This document shows, in pieces, positions 49,556 to 59,685 of a stretch of DNA of 64,000 nt. This DNA is from a plasmid: assembly GCF_055900595.2 (NCBI RefSeq), contig NZ_JBVWEU010000003.1. One strand, 5' to 3'. Both the position numbers and the translations under genes were made by a program. The stretch's first letter is position 1; the number at the start of each line of letters is the position of its first letter. The notes beneath the pieces are model-generated. The model ran no database searches. It saw only the letters and a program-made list of their open reading frames with translations, and was not told the DNA's origin.

Positions 49556-52500
49556 CAGAGGTGATATCCCTGCTTACGGATGAGTTCCGCAGCCAGATCA
49601 TGGATGACGTTTTCACTGTCATGTGTACGGGCGCGGTGTTCTATCAGTGAGGTGGCTGAACCACGGGGAAAGTTTTCTGCCAGGATCTGGCGTGCCCGCA
49701 GTGACCCGAGCTCCTGCGTCAGCGCACGTCTCAGGGCGCTGTCTTTGGGTGAGGAATTCAGTGCCCACAGCTCCAGTGGACCGAGAGTGAATTTCAGGAT
49801 CCGGGCCAGCGTACCGTTTTTTACACGGAACACAGCCAGTACCGGGACACCGCTGCCATCCGGTGCAGCCCCTTCCGGCATTTTCAGGAAGCGCCGCAGG
49901 GTGACTTCAGGGACACCAAAATTATCCCGCAGAAACGGAATTTCGTCAGGGCGGTAACGCAGCAACCAGAGGGTGTTGGCGGATTTGAGAACTGCCGGTG
50001 GATAGTCCTGCAGTAGCTGGGTGCTCAGCACTGTGCGTATCCCGAACTTACGCTGCTCCAGCTCCTGGGTGTCCAGGGCTTCCCAGATGAAATTGATCCC
50101 TTTTGCATTGTGCAGTTCGTCATAGACTTTGGTCTTGACCTCCTGATCAAGCTGTTCAATGCGGCGGAAAATCACCTCATGGTAGCGTGGGTCGAGATTT
50201 TTCCGTATTTCCTCCTGATACTGCGGCAGGACAAAATCCCCGCCGGCGATTTGTCCTGCCAGCAGGTACATGATGCCGGTGCGCAGACGCCCGGCAGGTG
50301 TCTTGTCACCGGCCACATTGTTCAGATCAACGGCCACAACGCGGGTGTCGGGGCTGAGCATAAACCGGGTACAGCCGGACATCATCGGGTAGTCACTGTG
50401 TCCCTGATCGAGGGCACGGCGGATGTAGTCCAGTAACAATTCTGCTGAGTTATCGCGCTGAACTGTGCCGAACACATCCCGGATGGATGGCTGTCCCAGC
50501 AGGGCGGACATTTCAGCCAGCAGGGGCATGGCCTGGTAGTGTGCCCGCTGGGCTGCGGGGATATTGCCAGCCATATGCAGCATGTCCCTGATTTCAAACC
50601 AGGTGGCAGCATTCCACCATCCAGCGTCATGTTGTTCTGCGATGCCACTCTCTTCCAGGGCGAGATCCACAAGGGGCTCTGTTCCTGCACGGTACAGTCT
50701 GGGGTTGTTTTCGCCATACTCCCTGAAGGCCAGATCCACCAGGTTGCTTATGATTTGCCGGGTGTCACCGGGATTACAGGGCTGACCGGTGCCGGTATCC
50801 ACGCACAGTGCGCAGAGTACAGATACCATGAAGTTCTTTTCCGGGGTGGCGGGTTTTTTAGCACCGTACATCACATCAAACAGGTTACGGGTGTGTTCCG
50901 GATCATTGCTCAGAATGATCCCCACGGCTTCGTCCTTTCTCTGCTCCGGCAGGCTGTCACGGATAAGCTGTACCAGTCCCTGTGCACTGAATCCCTTGTC
51001 GATATAGGCAATGAAAGGCAGGTTCTTCTGGGCTGAGGCTATCTGGATCTCCGACAGTGCGTTGATGAGTACCGATTTGCCCAGACCGGGTGCGCCGGGC
51101 GTCAGTTCCGTGTGCTTGTTCTGTTGTGACGATGCCAGCGCGACCTCCCATGCAGAGCCGTCCTCGGTGTGCATCATCAGATTTCCCTGTCCCCGCCAGA
51201 CAGAGCCGGCCCTGTTCAGGGGAAACAGGGAAAGGGCGTGTGAAAGGGGCGGGTAAAGGGGGACTGGACCGGAACCGTGGGAGGCCGCCAGAACCGTGTT
51301 CACCCAGGCACGTCTCGGATCACCGAAGGTGGTGGTGGTGCCGCATACCCCCCAGCCTTCCAGCGCAGATTTCAGGAGAGCCTGGTTACGGGTACAGACT
51401 TCCCGGCTGTTTCCCCATGTGGTGGCAACAATGGTCATGATACAGACCGGATCATGTTTGTTGATGTCATTCAGCATCATCACCGAGTCATACATGGGCC
51501 GGAGAGGGGAAATAAAGCTGCTGTAGGTCAGCAGGGTTTTCTTGACCCCAAGCGCCTTCATGCCGCCGGGCATCAGATCCATCCGGATACGCCAGGGGAT
51601 TGCGCGGGGCACATCCCTGACCAGCTGGTTGAATGTCCGCAGATTCTGGGGGGGCAGGGTAATGGCGACCATACCGTGCCAGAGGTCACCGGCCTTTATC
51701 AGGCTGCCGTGTGTTTCAGGCTGTGTGGTGAATAACTGCAGATTCAGCGACGGTGCGTGGAATACAGAGGTATCCTCGCCCTGTCGCCAGCCGGCAGGAC
51801 GGGCATCTTCAGGCAGATGAGGCTGCCATACTGCAGGTGTGCTGTTGCGCTCCAGTTGACGGCGGATTTCCCGTCCCACTTCATGAATATCTATCAGGCG
51901 AACCAGCAGACCATCAGAATCATGTGTCAGGGCCTGCTCCAGCGTGTCCAGAAAGGCGTCATGCCGTATTTTGAGTGCGGAAAGTGTCCAGCGCCATGGA
52001 TCCTGCGCAAATCGGGCTGGCGGAGCGTGTTCAGCGAGTTTCCTGATACGGGTCTGGTGGTCCTTGCGATCGGTCCGGCTCAGCAGTTCTTCAGAGCTCC
52101 AGACGGTCAGCCAGCAGCGTTCCCGGACAAGCCAGGGGGTGAGCGTGGTGACTTTTTCATCCAGAACGTCCTGAAGCAGGATCCCCGTACGTGCGATGGA
52201 TTTTCGCTGGGGTAAGAGCATGGCTTCGATTTCATCCCTTCCACGCTCCGGATCGCGTTCGAAAACAAAACTGATTTTGTGACCGGTGTTTTTCCAGGCA
52301 GTGTTCATTCGCTCTGCCAGCGCTGTAATCAGTGATTCCAGTGTGCCGGGGGCTGTCAGGTCCGGGTTTTCATCCATTTCTTTCAGGGCACCGCTGATTT
52401 CAAAGACGGAAAGGTAATACCCCTGTTTGGTGGTGGCAATGTAGGGGGCTTTCAGCCAGGGGCGGCGTTCGCGGTCCTGCTGGTCCAGACCGATGACGGT

Positions 52501-52611
52501 GTGCAGATCACAGTAATCGGGGAAGAATGCGGAAACGGAATACCGTGACAGGGTACTGATACAGTCTTCAATGGCAAAAATAATGCGGTTGATATTCATG
52601 GCATGGAGCAC
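49555..52611 (-). CDS. traU: TraU-like conjugative ATPase (DotO/IcmB-type, VirB4-like)
   Basis: 1018 aa with Walker A GAPGLGKS and Walker B-like regions. Confidence 0.8.
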   Translation of the reverse strand: MLHAMNINRIIFAIEDCISTLSRYSVSAFFPDYCDLHTVIGLDQQDRERRPWLKAPYIATTKQGYYLSVFEISGALKEMDENPDLTAPGTLESLITALAERMNTAWKNTGHKISFVFERDPERGRDEIEAMLLPQRKSIARTGILLQDVLDEKVTTLTPWLVRERCWLTVWSSEELLSRTDRKDHQTRIRKLAEHAPPARFAQDPWRWTLSALKIRHDAFLDTLEQALTHDSDGLLVRLIDIHEVGREIRRQLERNSTPAVWQPHLPEDARPAGWRQGEDTSVFHAPSLNLQLFTTQPETHGSLIKAGDLWHGMVAITLPPQNLRTFNQLVRDVPRAIPWRIRMDLMPGGMKALGVKKTLLTYSSFISPLRPMYDSVMMLNDINKHDPVCIMTIVATTWGNSREVCTRNQALLKSALEGWGVCGTTTTFGDPRRAWVNTVLAASHGSGPVPLYPPLSHALSLFPLNRAGSVWRGQGNLMMHTEDGSAWEVALASSQQNKHTELTPGAPGLGKSVLINALSEIQIASAQKNLPFIAYIDKGFSAQGLVQLIRDSLPEQRKDEAVGIILSNDPEHTRNLFDVMYGAKKPATPEKNFMVSVLCALCVDTGTGQPCNPGDTRQIISNLVDLAFREYGENNPRLYRAGTEPLVDLALEESGIAEQHDAGWWNAATWFEIRDMLHMAGNIPAAQRAHYQAMPLLAEMSALLGQPSIRDVFGTVQRDNSAELLLDYIRRALDQGHSDYPMMSGCTRFMLSPDTRVVAVDLNNVAGDKTPAGRLRTGIMYLLAGQIAGGDFVLPQYQEEIRKNLDPRYHEVIFRRIEQLDQEVKTKVYDELHNAKGINFIWEALDTQELEQRKFGIRTVLSTQLLQDYPPAVLKSANTLWLLRYRPDEIPFLRDNFGVPEVTLRRFLKMPEGAAPDGSGVPVLAVFRVKNGTLARILKFTLGPLELWALNSSPKDSALRRALTQELGSLRARQILAENFPRGSATSLIEHRARTHDSENVIHDLAAELIRKQGYHL

Positions 52612-52774
52612 TCCGGTAAGGATGAATCATCACGGTCTGATATTTTTTGATGCCACAGCAGGGGATGTGGCATGAAAAAACAGCAGAGAAAATAAATAAT
52701 CTGTTGAGGGGCAGGTGCGTATTTCTGTGTGATTACAGTAAATAATAAAAATGTAATAAGGTGGAAACACGCTG

Positions 52775-53158
52775 TCAGCGTAGTGAATTTACTGGCGGAT
52801 AAGTGATTTTATTAATATGTACAACAATACATTTTCTTCTTTCATTTCGTATAAATACAGGGGGGATATAAAAGAAACGGAGACTGCAGAGACAGAGATG
52901 CAGTTGTTTTCCCCGTTTCCTTAATGAAAATTCAGTCAGGGGTGTGGCCGGATAATTATGCCGGGCGCTTAATTCCCTGTTGAACTGAAGTATTCCGGCA
53001 ATATTCAGCAGTATGCCGGCCAGCCTGCCGTCATCATCCCGAAGGAACCGACGGAGTAGCCGGTGCTCTTCTTTGGCGGTACTGTCAGCTTTTCCGGCCA
53101 GGTGTGCGAGGATGAGTGTTATAAGCGTCTCCGGGGATATGCGGTGAATTTTCATCAT
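52775..53158 (-). CDS. Hypothetical small protein (tra region)
   Basis: 127-aa ORF; the true start may be internal. Confidence 0.3.
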   Translation of the reverse strand: MMKIHRISPETLITLILAHLAGKADSTAKEEHRLLRRFLRDDDGRLAGILLNIAGILQFNRELSARHNYPATPLTEFSLRKRGKQLHLCLCSLRFFYIPPVFIRNERRKCIVVHINKITYPPVNSLR

Positions 53159-53553
53159 TCTTCTCCTGATTTTGTCGGGGGTACACCCGGATAAATAAAC
53201 TGCTGGCGGCGAATGAAAAAATCACAGAAGGGCATATCCGGTAATTCCGGGAGACCGGACACGGCAATATCCATCCATGAGAGATAGTTATCGACGCTCA
53301 CTGTGACGGTGATGCTGTTATGGGTACGGGATCTTTCATGAATTTCTGCAGCCAGAAAGAGCAGCCAGCCGCCGTTAAATGCCGGGTGGCGGAGAATGAA
53401 CCGGGCAATCTCTTTTTCATCTCCGTCAGGCGGAATATCGTCAGTCAGCGTCCGGATAATAAAGCGCCGGAATGCATCTGCGGAAAACTGATATCCGGCA
53501 GTGAGGGTATCCATTTTTTGTTCCTCTGTCAGTTGGGGCCGGCAGAACGTCAC
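53155..53553 (-). CDS. Hypothetical tra-region protein
   Basis: 132-aa ORF in the operon array with overlapping stop/start. Confidence 0.4.
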   Translation of the reverse strand: MTFCRPQLTEEQKMDTLTAGYQFSADAFRRFIIRTLTDDIPPDGDEKEIARFILRHPAFNGGWLLFLAAEIHERSRTHNSITVTVSVDNYLSWMDIAVSGLPELPDMPFCDFFIRRQQFIYPGVPPTKSGEE

Positions 53554-53568
53554 CGGCAGCGGTGTGTG

Positions 53569-54387
53569 TCACATGACGTACTTTTTGTCAGGAAACGAAT
53601 CCGGCAGCAGGATAAGCGCCACCCCGTCCATCTTCTCCCGCAGTGTTTTACGCTGTGCCGGCGGCCAGCGGCGCAGTGCATCAGCAAAATCCGCCGGACG
53701 CCAGGTGCGAAATTTCTCCTCAACGGCCAGACGGTTCTGTACCAGGGCATTCAGGACCGCCCGTCCCTGTCTGACACGCTTACGCTCATCGCTGAAAATT
53801 TCCTTCAGTGCCCGTGCATTGAGAGCAACTACCGAGGCCGGATGCAAATCAGGGAGCCAGACCATCACCCCCTGTGCGGCAGCGTAGCCGTTCAGGCAGT
53901 GCCAGGCGTGGCAGAAGGCACAGAGATGAAAGGGCGGGCCTTCCGGCTGCAGCAGTTCACTTTCATTTTCGCTGAGTGCATCTGTTGTGACGATTTGTGA
54001 CTTTTCCACATGACGCAGGGCCAGTCGCCTGGCCGACAGGCGGGCCTGTGCCAGGGACCGCTCCGCATCCTGCAGGGTTCGGGTGTGTTTCTTTTTTTCG
54101 TCAGCGTTTTCCGGTACCGGATGTTTTTTCAGGCGCATCACCCGGGTGAGGTTTTTTTCCAGCAGGACGACCGTATCCCGGCAGGTGTCAGCCATCTGCT
54201 GTAATGGCAATGAATCCTCCAGAATGAAGCGGTGAGTGACGGTCCTGCGACAGCAGGGACAGCGTCCGGGTGTTGAGAGCACGGGTGGTGGCAGCAGGGA
54301 TTCACCGCTGAATACCGTGTCCGGTTGCGGGAGCGGGAAAAGCCAGCGTTCCCGGGCCGGGGCGATGAGTGGCGGTGTTTTGTTCAT
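53569..54387 (-). CDS. Cys-rich (zinc-finger-like) transfer protein
   Basis: 272 aa with CPCC and CAFCHAWHC clusters; possibly DotN/IcmJ-like, assigned by pattern only. Confidence 0.4.
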   Translation of the reverse strand: MNKTPPLIAPARERWLFPLPQPDTVFSGESLLPPPVLSTPGRCPCCRRTVTHRFILEDSLPLQQMADTCRDTVVLLEKNLTRVMRLKKHPVPENADEKKKHTRTLQDAERSLAQARLSARRLALRHVEKSQIVTTDALSENESELLQPEGPPFHLCAFCHAWHCLNGYAAAQGVMVWLPDLHPASVVALNARALKEIFSDERKRVRQGRAVLNALVQNRLAVEEKFRTWRPADFADALRRWPPAQRKTLREKMDGVALILLPDSFPDKKYVM

Positions 54388-54609
54388 ACGTTTTTCTCTC
54401 TGTATACAGGGTGACGGCAGCCAGAATCAGTGCTGCGATGGCGGTGGAATAACACTCTGCAAACACAAACTCCTGATTATCCCGGTTGTCGCGGGCAATC
54501 ACGTTGCCGTGCTCTGTTCTGAGCAGGGTGAAAGGGGGCAGCTCACAGGACATGGTCTGGTCCTCTTCATTGTGTGAAGACGGCACCGGGAAACCGGTGC
54601 CGTTGTGGA

Positions 54610-55008
54610 TTAACTGATGGAGACCGGAGAAAGACCGAGCGTTTTCTGTCCACTGCTCATCATTTCCGGTACGACGGCAAGACAGGCACCGACCACAATG
54701 GACAGTATGCAGGCCAGCCCTGCTCCGGGTTTTTTACCGATTTGTTTGAGGCCAAGCAGGCCGGCAATAAAGAGCACCAGGCCAATAACCTGAGCGATGG
54801 TCACAAATGAACTGCTGGAGCCTTTTGCACCATCGCCAACGGTTTTGATCATATCGAATAGGGTGTTTGCCATCGCTGTGTGGGGCAGCAGTATCACGGG
54901 AAGCAGAAGTAACAGGCGTATCAGCCGGTCACGGCAGGCCACCAGGCATAACTGAACATAAATAAATGCAGCGCACAGATGCGCCGCCATGGCACGGAAT
55001 CGTGACAT
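54610..55008 (-). CDS. traR: TraR-like small membrane protein
   Basis: Hydrophobic protein; start may be the internal MANTLFDM. Confidence 0.45.
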   Translation of the reverse strand: MSRFRAMAAHLCAAFIYVQLCLVACRDRLIRLLLLLPVILLPHTAMANTLFDMIKTVGDGAKGSSSSFVTIAQVIGLVLFIAGLLGLKQIGKKPGAGLACILSIVVGACLAVVPEMMSSGQKTLGLSPVSIS

Positions 55009-55054
55009 ATAGTCTCCTTAACTAACAGACTGAATTACTGAAAATGAATGTGGA

Positions 55055-55585
55055 TCAGAAGGCGAGACCAAGACTCGCCAGAGAGGCATCGATGACGCGA
55101 TCGATAAAAACCAGCAGAACGCCGGCAACAAACTTGACGTTTCCTTTGCTGATGGACTCACTGCTGCTCAGGGCGGTATGCCCGTCCAGCAGGGATTTAC
55201 GCCAGATGGAAATGCCGTTCATGGCAAATCCCACTCCGGCCAGTTTTACCAGTGAGAGCATGGCATTGGCGGCACCGGCAGCGGCACCAAAGGTGGTTGG
55301 TTGTACATAAGCGATAGGGCCGAAGGAATCTGCCCTGAATCCCATCTGGGTACCCCCGGCATTGATGAAGGATGGCAGGGCGACCAGCATGCCGCAGATG
55401 ACGATACCGGCGATAAATTTTCCCGGTCCCATACTGCGACGTCCTTCTGCCCGGGCGCGCATCAGATGACCGATAAGGCCGATAATCCCCAGCAGCTCTC
55501 CCCAGGTAAAGAGAAACTCCATGCCTGCACTGAAAATACCGCTGGCAAAGTTCTCTATGGCTGTCAGGGCATCAATGCTCATCAT
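55055..55585 (-). CDS. traQ: TraQ-like membrane protein
   Basis: 176 aa with several hydrophobic helices; assigned by position and size. Confidence 0.55.
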   Translation of the reverse strand: MMSIDALTAIENFASGIFSAGMEFLFTWGELLGIIGLIGHLMRARAEGRRSMGPGKFIAGIVICGMLVALPSFINAGGTQMGFRADSFGPIAYVQPTTFGAAAGAANAMLSLVKLAGVGFAMNGISIWRKSLLDGHTALSSSESISKGNVKFVAGVLLVFIDRVIDASLASLGLAF

Positions 55586-56295
55586 CGTAATGTACCGGCA
55601 GAGGTGATGACTGCCCGGCTGGACGGGTCAATCCGGGTGATGGTGATGTTTCCCAGACTGTCGCCTTCCCGTACTGCCCAGGCACTGCCCTGCCAGCGGA
55701 TCCAGGCCATTCCTTTTTCCACCGACATGATTTGCATGCCCTGCAGGCGGGAAGGCGGGGTTTTCGTTGACTGGCCGTTATTCCCGGTCGGGATTTGCAG
55801 TGGTCCCTGCATCTGCAGGGCATGCACCTGCTTACGGGTTTCATCAAGCAACTGACGGGTTTCCTGTGCCCAGGCCTCATCTTTCCGTATGGTGTCGCCA
55901 AGGGTTGTGATGCTCTCTTTCAGCATGGTCAGGGTACGTCGGATTTCCTCATCCCGCCTGTCCAGCTCTGCTTTCAGGTCACGGGCAAGCTGCTGCATGT
56001 CTGCCTGTGGGGTGACAGGAGGCGCGGACATGGTGTTTCCGCTCCCGGTCTCCGTTATGGGCATGGGCTCTGCCCAGCTTTCGGCTGCGGGCGGTGTGAC
56101 ATCGAAGCCTGCATCTGCAGGGGGCTCTGAGGGTGTCCGCAGAAACTTGTACCAGATGGCGGCCAGGATGATGAGGGCACAGCCGGCCCAGACCGGCAGG
56201 CTGTATCCCATATACTGGCGTTTCAGGAAGGATTTGCCGGATGCCGGTGCCGGCGTTTCGCCAAAGCTGCCGGGATCTTCATGTTCGTTTTTCAT
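55582..56295 (-). CDS. traP: TraP-like protein (single N-terminal transmembrane anchor)
   Basis: 237 aa; assigned by position and size. Confidence 0.55.
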   Translation of the reverse strand: MKNEHEDPGSFGETPAPASGKSFLKRQYMGYSLPVWAGCALIILAAIWYKFLRTPSEPPADAGFDVTPPAAESWAEPMPITETGSGNTMSAPPVTPQADMQQLARDLKAELDRRDEEIRRTLTMLKESITTLGDTIRKDEAWAQETRQLLDETRKQVHALQMQGPLQIPTGNNGQSTKTPPSRLQGMQIMSVEKGMAWIRWQGSAWAVREGDSLGNITITRIDPSSRAVITSAGTLR

Positions 56296-57623
56296 GGATA
56301 ACTTTCCTGTTGTATGCCGTAGCGTTGCCGCATTTCATTCTGTTTACGGAGGACAGCTGCCTGGATTCTGTCAGAGGCCTGGTGCTCGGCCTCCGCCTGG
56401 GTGAGCGGACGTCCTGAGGATGGTGGCACTGAAGGGATACTCCCGGAGGAGGTGGGACTGATATCGTTGCTCATGACCGGCTCAACAAACAGAATTGAGA
56501 CGACCTCGCCCCGTGATACTGTCACCTGACGGTAAGGTTCGCTCTCTGCCTGGCGGGTCAGCAGCTCGCTGCCCCGTTCGGCCATGCCGCCTGCCATGAC
56601 GCCGGCCAGCGCCCTGCCATCAGGCATTCCCACCCTGCCGGTAAGACTGCCGTAGTTTCCCTGAAGGATCTGTGTGTTGGCGTCTTTGTAAAGACTCCCT
56701 CCCTTTCCCGCACCGCCAAGTATGGACGGCAGAACAATGTGCTTAAACCAGCGGTGGTTCACGTCGCTGGCCACGGTTGACATTCCTGTTCGTTCATTCA
56801 GGGCATATGCATTGACCTTCAGAAACATGCCCCGCCACATCATCCGGTCAAAGTGGATATCCATTCCCTTGCCGGCGAGTCTGGCGTCCTGGCTGTAGAG
56901 AACGGCTCCGGCCCATGGCCCGGCAGGTACGGAGGCCACCACGCGGGAGACCGCATTGTCAGAGTCCACTTCGGTGTCGATGTAAGCCGGTACGCGGGTC
57001 AGTGCCGGTATCAGCTGGATCCCCTGACGTGTAGCCGGTGTTGCCAGACTCGTCTCCTGCAGACGGGGATGCTGTGATGTAACGGTACCGGACGGTGACG
57101 CATGAGGGGCTGTCCCGGGCGCGCCGGTGGTGCTCCACATGGCAGCTGCCACTACCGGTGGCCGGGCATCCTGATGCTGTGTGTTGATACGGGCAAGCAG
57201 TTTCTGTAATGCCTCACGCCGTTTTTCCCGGGCCGTCTGATCTTCCTGAGGAGGGGATGCGTTTTGCCCGGAAGTGCCTGACTGATCATCGGGGGGATTA
57301 TCCCTTTTCTGATCGTTTCCGGTATCGGTATCCAGTCCCCGGGGCAGACTGGCGATAAACGTCTCGTTATTACGTAACGCTTCTGCAGCACCACGTTCAT
57401 TGTCAGCCCGCAGTAAATCCCGGTAGTGCTGTGTCTCCATCACGTTCCGTCCGCCGCCGGACGTTGTGCTGTTGATATTGACTGACGAGAGCGATGCGCT
57501 GTTTTCGGGGGAAAGCCAGGTGAGCAGCAGGTATCCGCCCCCGATGATAATCACGCCCCCGAGAACCAGCAGGGCTGACAGTTTTTTGCCGGACTTTGCG
57601 GCTGTGTCCTGTTCTGCGCTCAT
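56292..57623 (-). CDS. traO: TraO-like protein (DotG/IcmE-type core component)
   Basis: 443 aa with an N-terminal transmembrane anchor and Gly/Pro-rich regions. Confidence 0.6.
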   Translation of the reverse strand: MSAEQDTAAKSGKKLSALLVLGGVIIIGGGYLLLTWLSPENSASLSSVNINSTTSGGGRNVMETQHYRDLLRADNERGAAEALRNNETFIASLPRGLDTDTGNDQKRDNPPDDQSGTSGQNASPPQEDQTAREKRREALQKLLARINTQHQDARPPVVAAAMWSTTGAPGTAPHASPSGTVTSQHPRLQETSLATPATRQGIQLIPALTRVPAYIDTEVDSDNAVSRVVASVPAGPWAGAVLYSQDARLAGKGMDIHFDRMMWRGMFLKVNAYALNERTGMSTVASDVNHRWFKHIVLPSILGGAGKGGSLYKDANTQILQGNYGSLTGRVGMPDGRALAGVMAGGMAERGSELLTRQAESEPYRQVTVSRGEVVSILFVEPVMSNDISPTSSGSIPSVPPSSGRPLTQAEAEHQASDRIQAAVLRKQNEMRQRYGIQQESYP

Positions 57624-57626
57624 GAT

Positions 57627-58601
57627 TTACTCCAGTTCAGGGGTGACGTGAATGGACTGACCATTCACGGAGAAGGTGAGTAAGGGAGTCACCGGCAGTT
57701 TCCACAGACGCGTACCGTCAGCAGATGCCAGCGTCTGTTCAAATTCATCCCGCAGCATGGCCCGCGATCGCACGAGCAGATCATCGCCGTGCTGCCAGAT
57801 GGTGGTGTCCGGAACATTTCCGGAGAATTTCAGCCGACGCACGGTGGGATCATCGGGAGGAACACCGTCCAGAAAGGCCTGCAGGGTGGCATCATGCAGG
57901 GCAATCTTCTCTGATGGTACGGCTACCACAGGACTGGCAGGTCCCTGACGGGGAATGCGCAGATCCAGACGGCTGTCGATCTCCTGACTCAGGGTATTGG
58001 TGTCGGTTTCACCACTGGTGATATTCAGAATGACCGGTACAGACAGTCCTTTGAGGTAGACCGTTACATTCCCTGCAGCCCAGGCGCGCAGGGGGGTGAC
58101 GGAGACCATATTGCCGTTGAACTGCACATCAAAGTGACCGGGTGCCGCGTTATAAGGCGGATCCGACTGAGGCCACGGGGAGCCGTTGATGTCCGTGAAC
58201 GTTACCACGCTGACGTTATGCAGTGCGGTTCGGACAAGCGGCAGACTGGCCCCGGGTGACAGATTTACCGTGAGGGAGCTGATACGGGGCACCACACTGG
58301 TGACAGGTGCGCTGATGGCCCGTTCGTTATCGGCCATTCGTCCCCGCAGTTCCCGAATTTCACCTGCATTCAGGGGGGAATCCAGTGATGCGGCTTCCTG
58401 AACAAGAGGAGAGGCAGGTGGCGGCAGGGGGCCTGTGAGTTGTGTGGCTGGCGGGGGGCCGCCTGCGGGGGCGCTCCCGGGAGTCTGTCCTGTCTTTCCG
58501 CCAGCCTGTGGGGTTCGTGCGTTCTGCCAGCCCGGGTTATCTGCAGCCGTGACAGTGCCGCACACAATAAGCAGTGCGCCAAGAAGATGATGTATTTGCA
58601 T
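57627..58601 (-). CDS. traN: TraN-like secreted protein (DotH/IcmK-type)
   Basis: Start taken at MQIHHLLGALLIVCGTVTAA (signal peptide); about 324 aa. Confidence 0.6.
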   Translation of the reverse strand: MQIHHLLGALLIVCGTVTAADNPGWQNARTPQAGGKTGQTPGSAPAGGPPPATQLTGPLPPPASPLVQEAASLDSPLNAGEIRELRGRMADNERAISAPVTSVVPRISSLTVNLSPGASLPLVRTALHNVSVVTFTDINGSPWPQSDPPYNAAPGHFDVQFNGNMVSVTPLRAWAAGNVTVYLKGLSVPVILNITSGETDTNTLSQEIDSRLDLRIPRQGPASPVVAVPSEKIALHDATLQAFLDGVPPDDPTVRRLKFSGNVPDTTIWQHGDDLLVRSRAMLRDEFEQTLASADGTRLWKLPVTPLLTFSVNGQSIHVTPELE

Positions 58602-58611
58602 GATATGAGTC

Positions 58612-59307
58612 TCAGATTCCTGCTGCGGCGTTACGGGAAACCATCTGGCTGATTTCCATGCCGCCGGGTTTGATTCGTGGGTCCACGCGCCGGACAGTGA
58701 TTTCAAAGGTGAAGGCCTGCTCGGGGCGGGTGCTGGTCTGACCGACCAGACGCATCCTGACCGGATACTGGAATTTCCAGAACCAGATGCCGTTTTCCAT
58801 CTGGCCCTGATTCACCAGCGTGCCGGCCCCGATAGTGGTTGTGAGGTTAAATTTCTCCTTTTTAATGGTGTCCAGAATGTTGGAGGCCTGAAGAGCATTC
58901 ACATAGCCGGCAAAACCGGCTTCGGAAAAGCGTGGAGCCAGTGTCGTGATTTGTTTCCTGTAGTGGACAAAATCCAGATTAAAAGCTTCGCTCAGCGTCA
59001 TGCTGCCAAACGTCATGACGTCGCTCTGACTCCAGGCTGGCTGACTGGTGGGGGCCAGGCGGACCAGCCGGCCATTGTCGGTGGCAAAGTATTCGCGCGT
59101 CACGTCGGTGGCATGCCAGTACTGTATGATATTGCCGGTCAGACTGATGACGAGAGCTGCGCTGCTACACAGCAAGGCCCTGACCAGTCCGGGAACCAGT
59201 GCGGCCCGTTGTTCTGACTGTGCGATGGTTCTGAGCACGGGGTTATAAATATCTCCGCTGTTATCCGCTTCCGGTGAGACAGGGGAGGTGGGTTGTGCTT
59301 CGCTCAT
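58612..59307 (-). CDS. traM: TraM-like protein (DotI/IcmL-type)
   Basis: 231 aa with an N-terminal transmembrane helix; assigned by position and size. Confidence 0.6.
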   Translation of the reverse strand: MSEAQPTSPVSPEADNSGDIYNPVLRTIAQSEQRAALVPGLVRALLCSSAALVISLTGNIIQYWHATDVTREYFATDNGRLVRLAPTSQPAWSQSDVMTFGSMTLSEAFNLDFVHYRKQITTLAPRFSEAGFAGYVNALQASNILDTIKKEKFNLTTTIGAGTLVNQGQMENGIWFWKFQYPVRMRLVGQTSTRPEQAFTFEITVRRVDPRIKPGGMEISQMVSRNAAAGI

Positions 59308-59318
59308 GGTGCTCCTGT

Positions 59319-59669
59319 TCAGAGGTTATAGTCTTTCCAGGGGTCGATATTCCCCGGCAGATGTTCATTCACCCGATCCACGACGGCATCACAGACCTGG
59401 TTTTCCAGGTCGCGGAGGAGTTTGTCCAGGCTGGGGAACTGCGGAAGAGTGATGCTGACGTCCTTGATGCGGGACAGGCAGGACTGCAGGGAAGAGGCGA
59501 CGTCATTCTCCCGCTGTGACCATGCCTGGCTGGCTGTGCGCGCCCGCTCCCAGGCGGCTCTGCTGCCGGCTTCGGCAGCGGCCCCCGCCCGGCAGGTGGC
59601 GGCACCTGCCACCGGTGATGCCAGGGTGATGCCGGTCAGTATGACCAGCAGCGTTTTTTTCATGTTCAT
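59319..59669 (-). CDS. traL: TraL-like small periplasmic protein
   Basis: Start taken at MNMKKTLLVILTGITLASPVAGAA (signal peptide); about 116 aa. Confidence 0.45.
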   Translation of the reverse strand: MNMKKTLLVILTGITLASPVAGAATCRAGAAAEAGSRAAWERARTASQAWSQRENDVASSLQSCLSRIKDVSITLPQFPSLDKLLRDLENQVCDAVVDRVNEHLPGNIDPWKDYNL

Positions 59670-59685
59670 GGTCGTCCTTACCGGC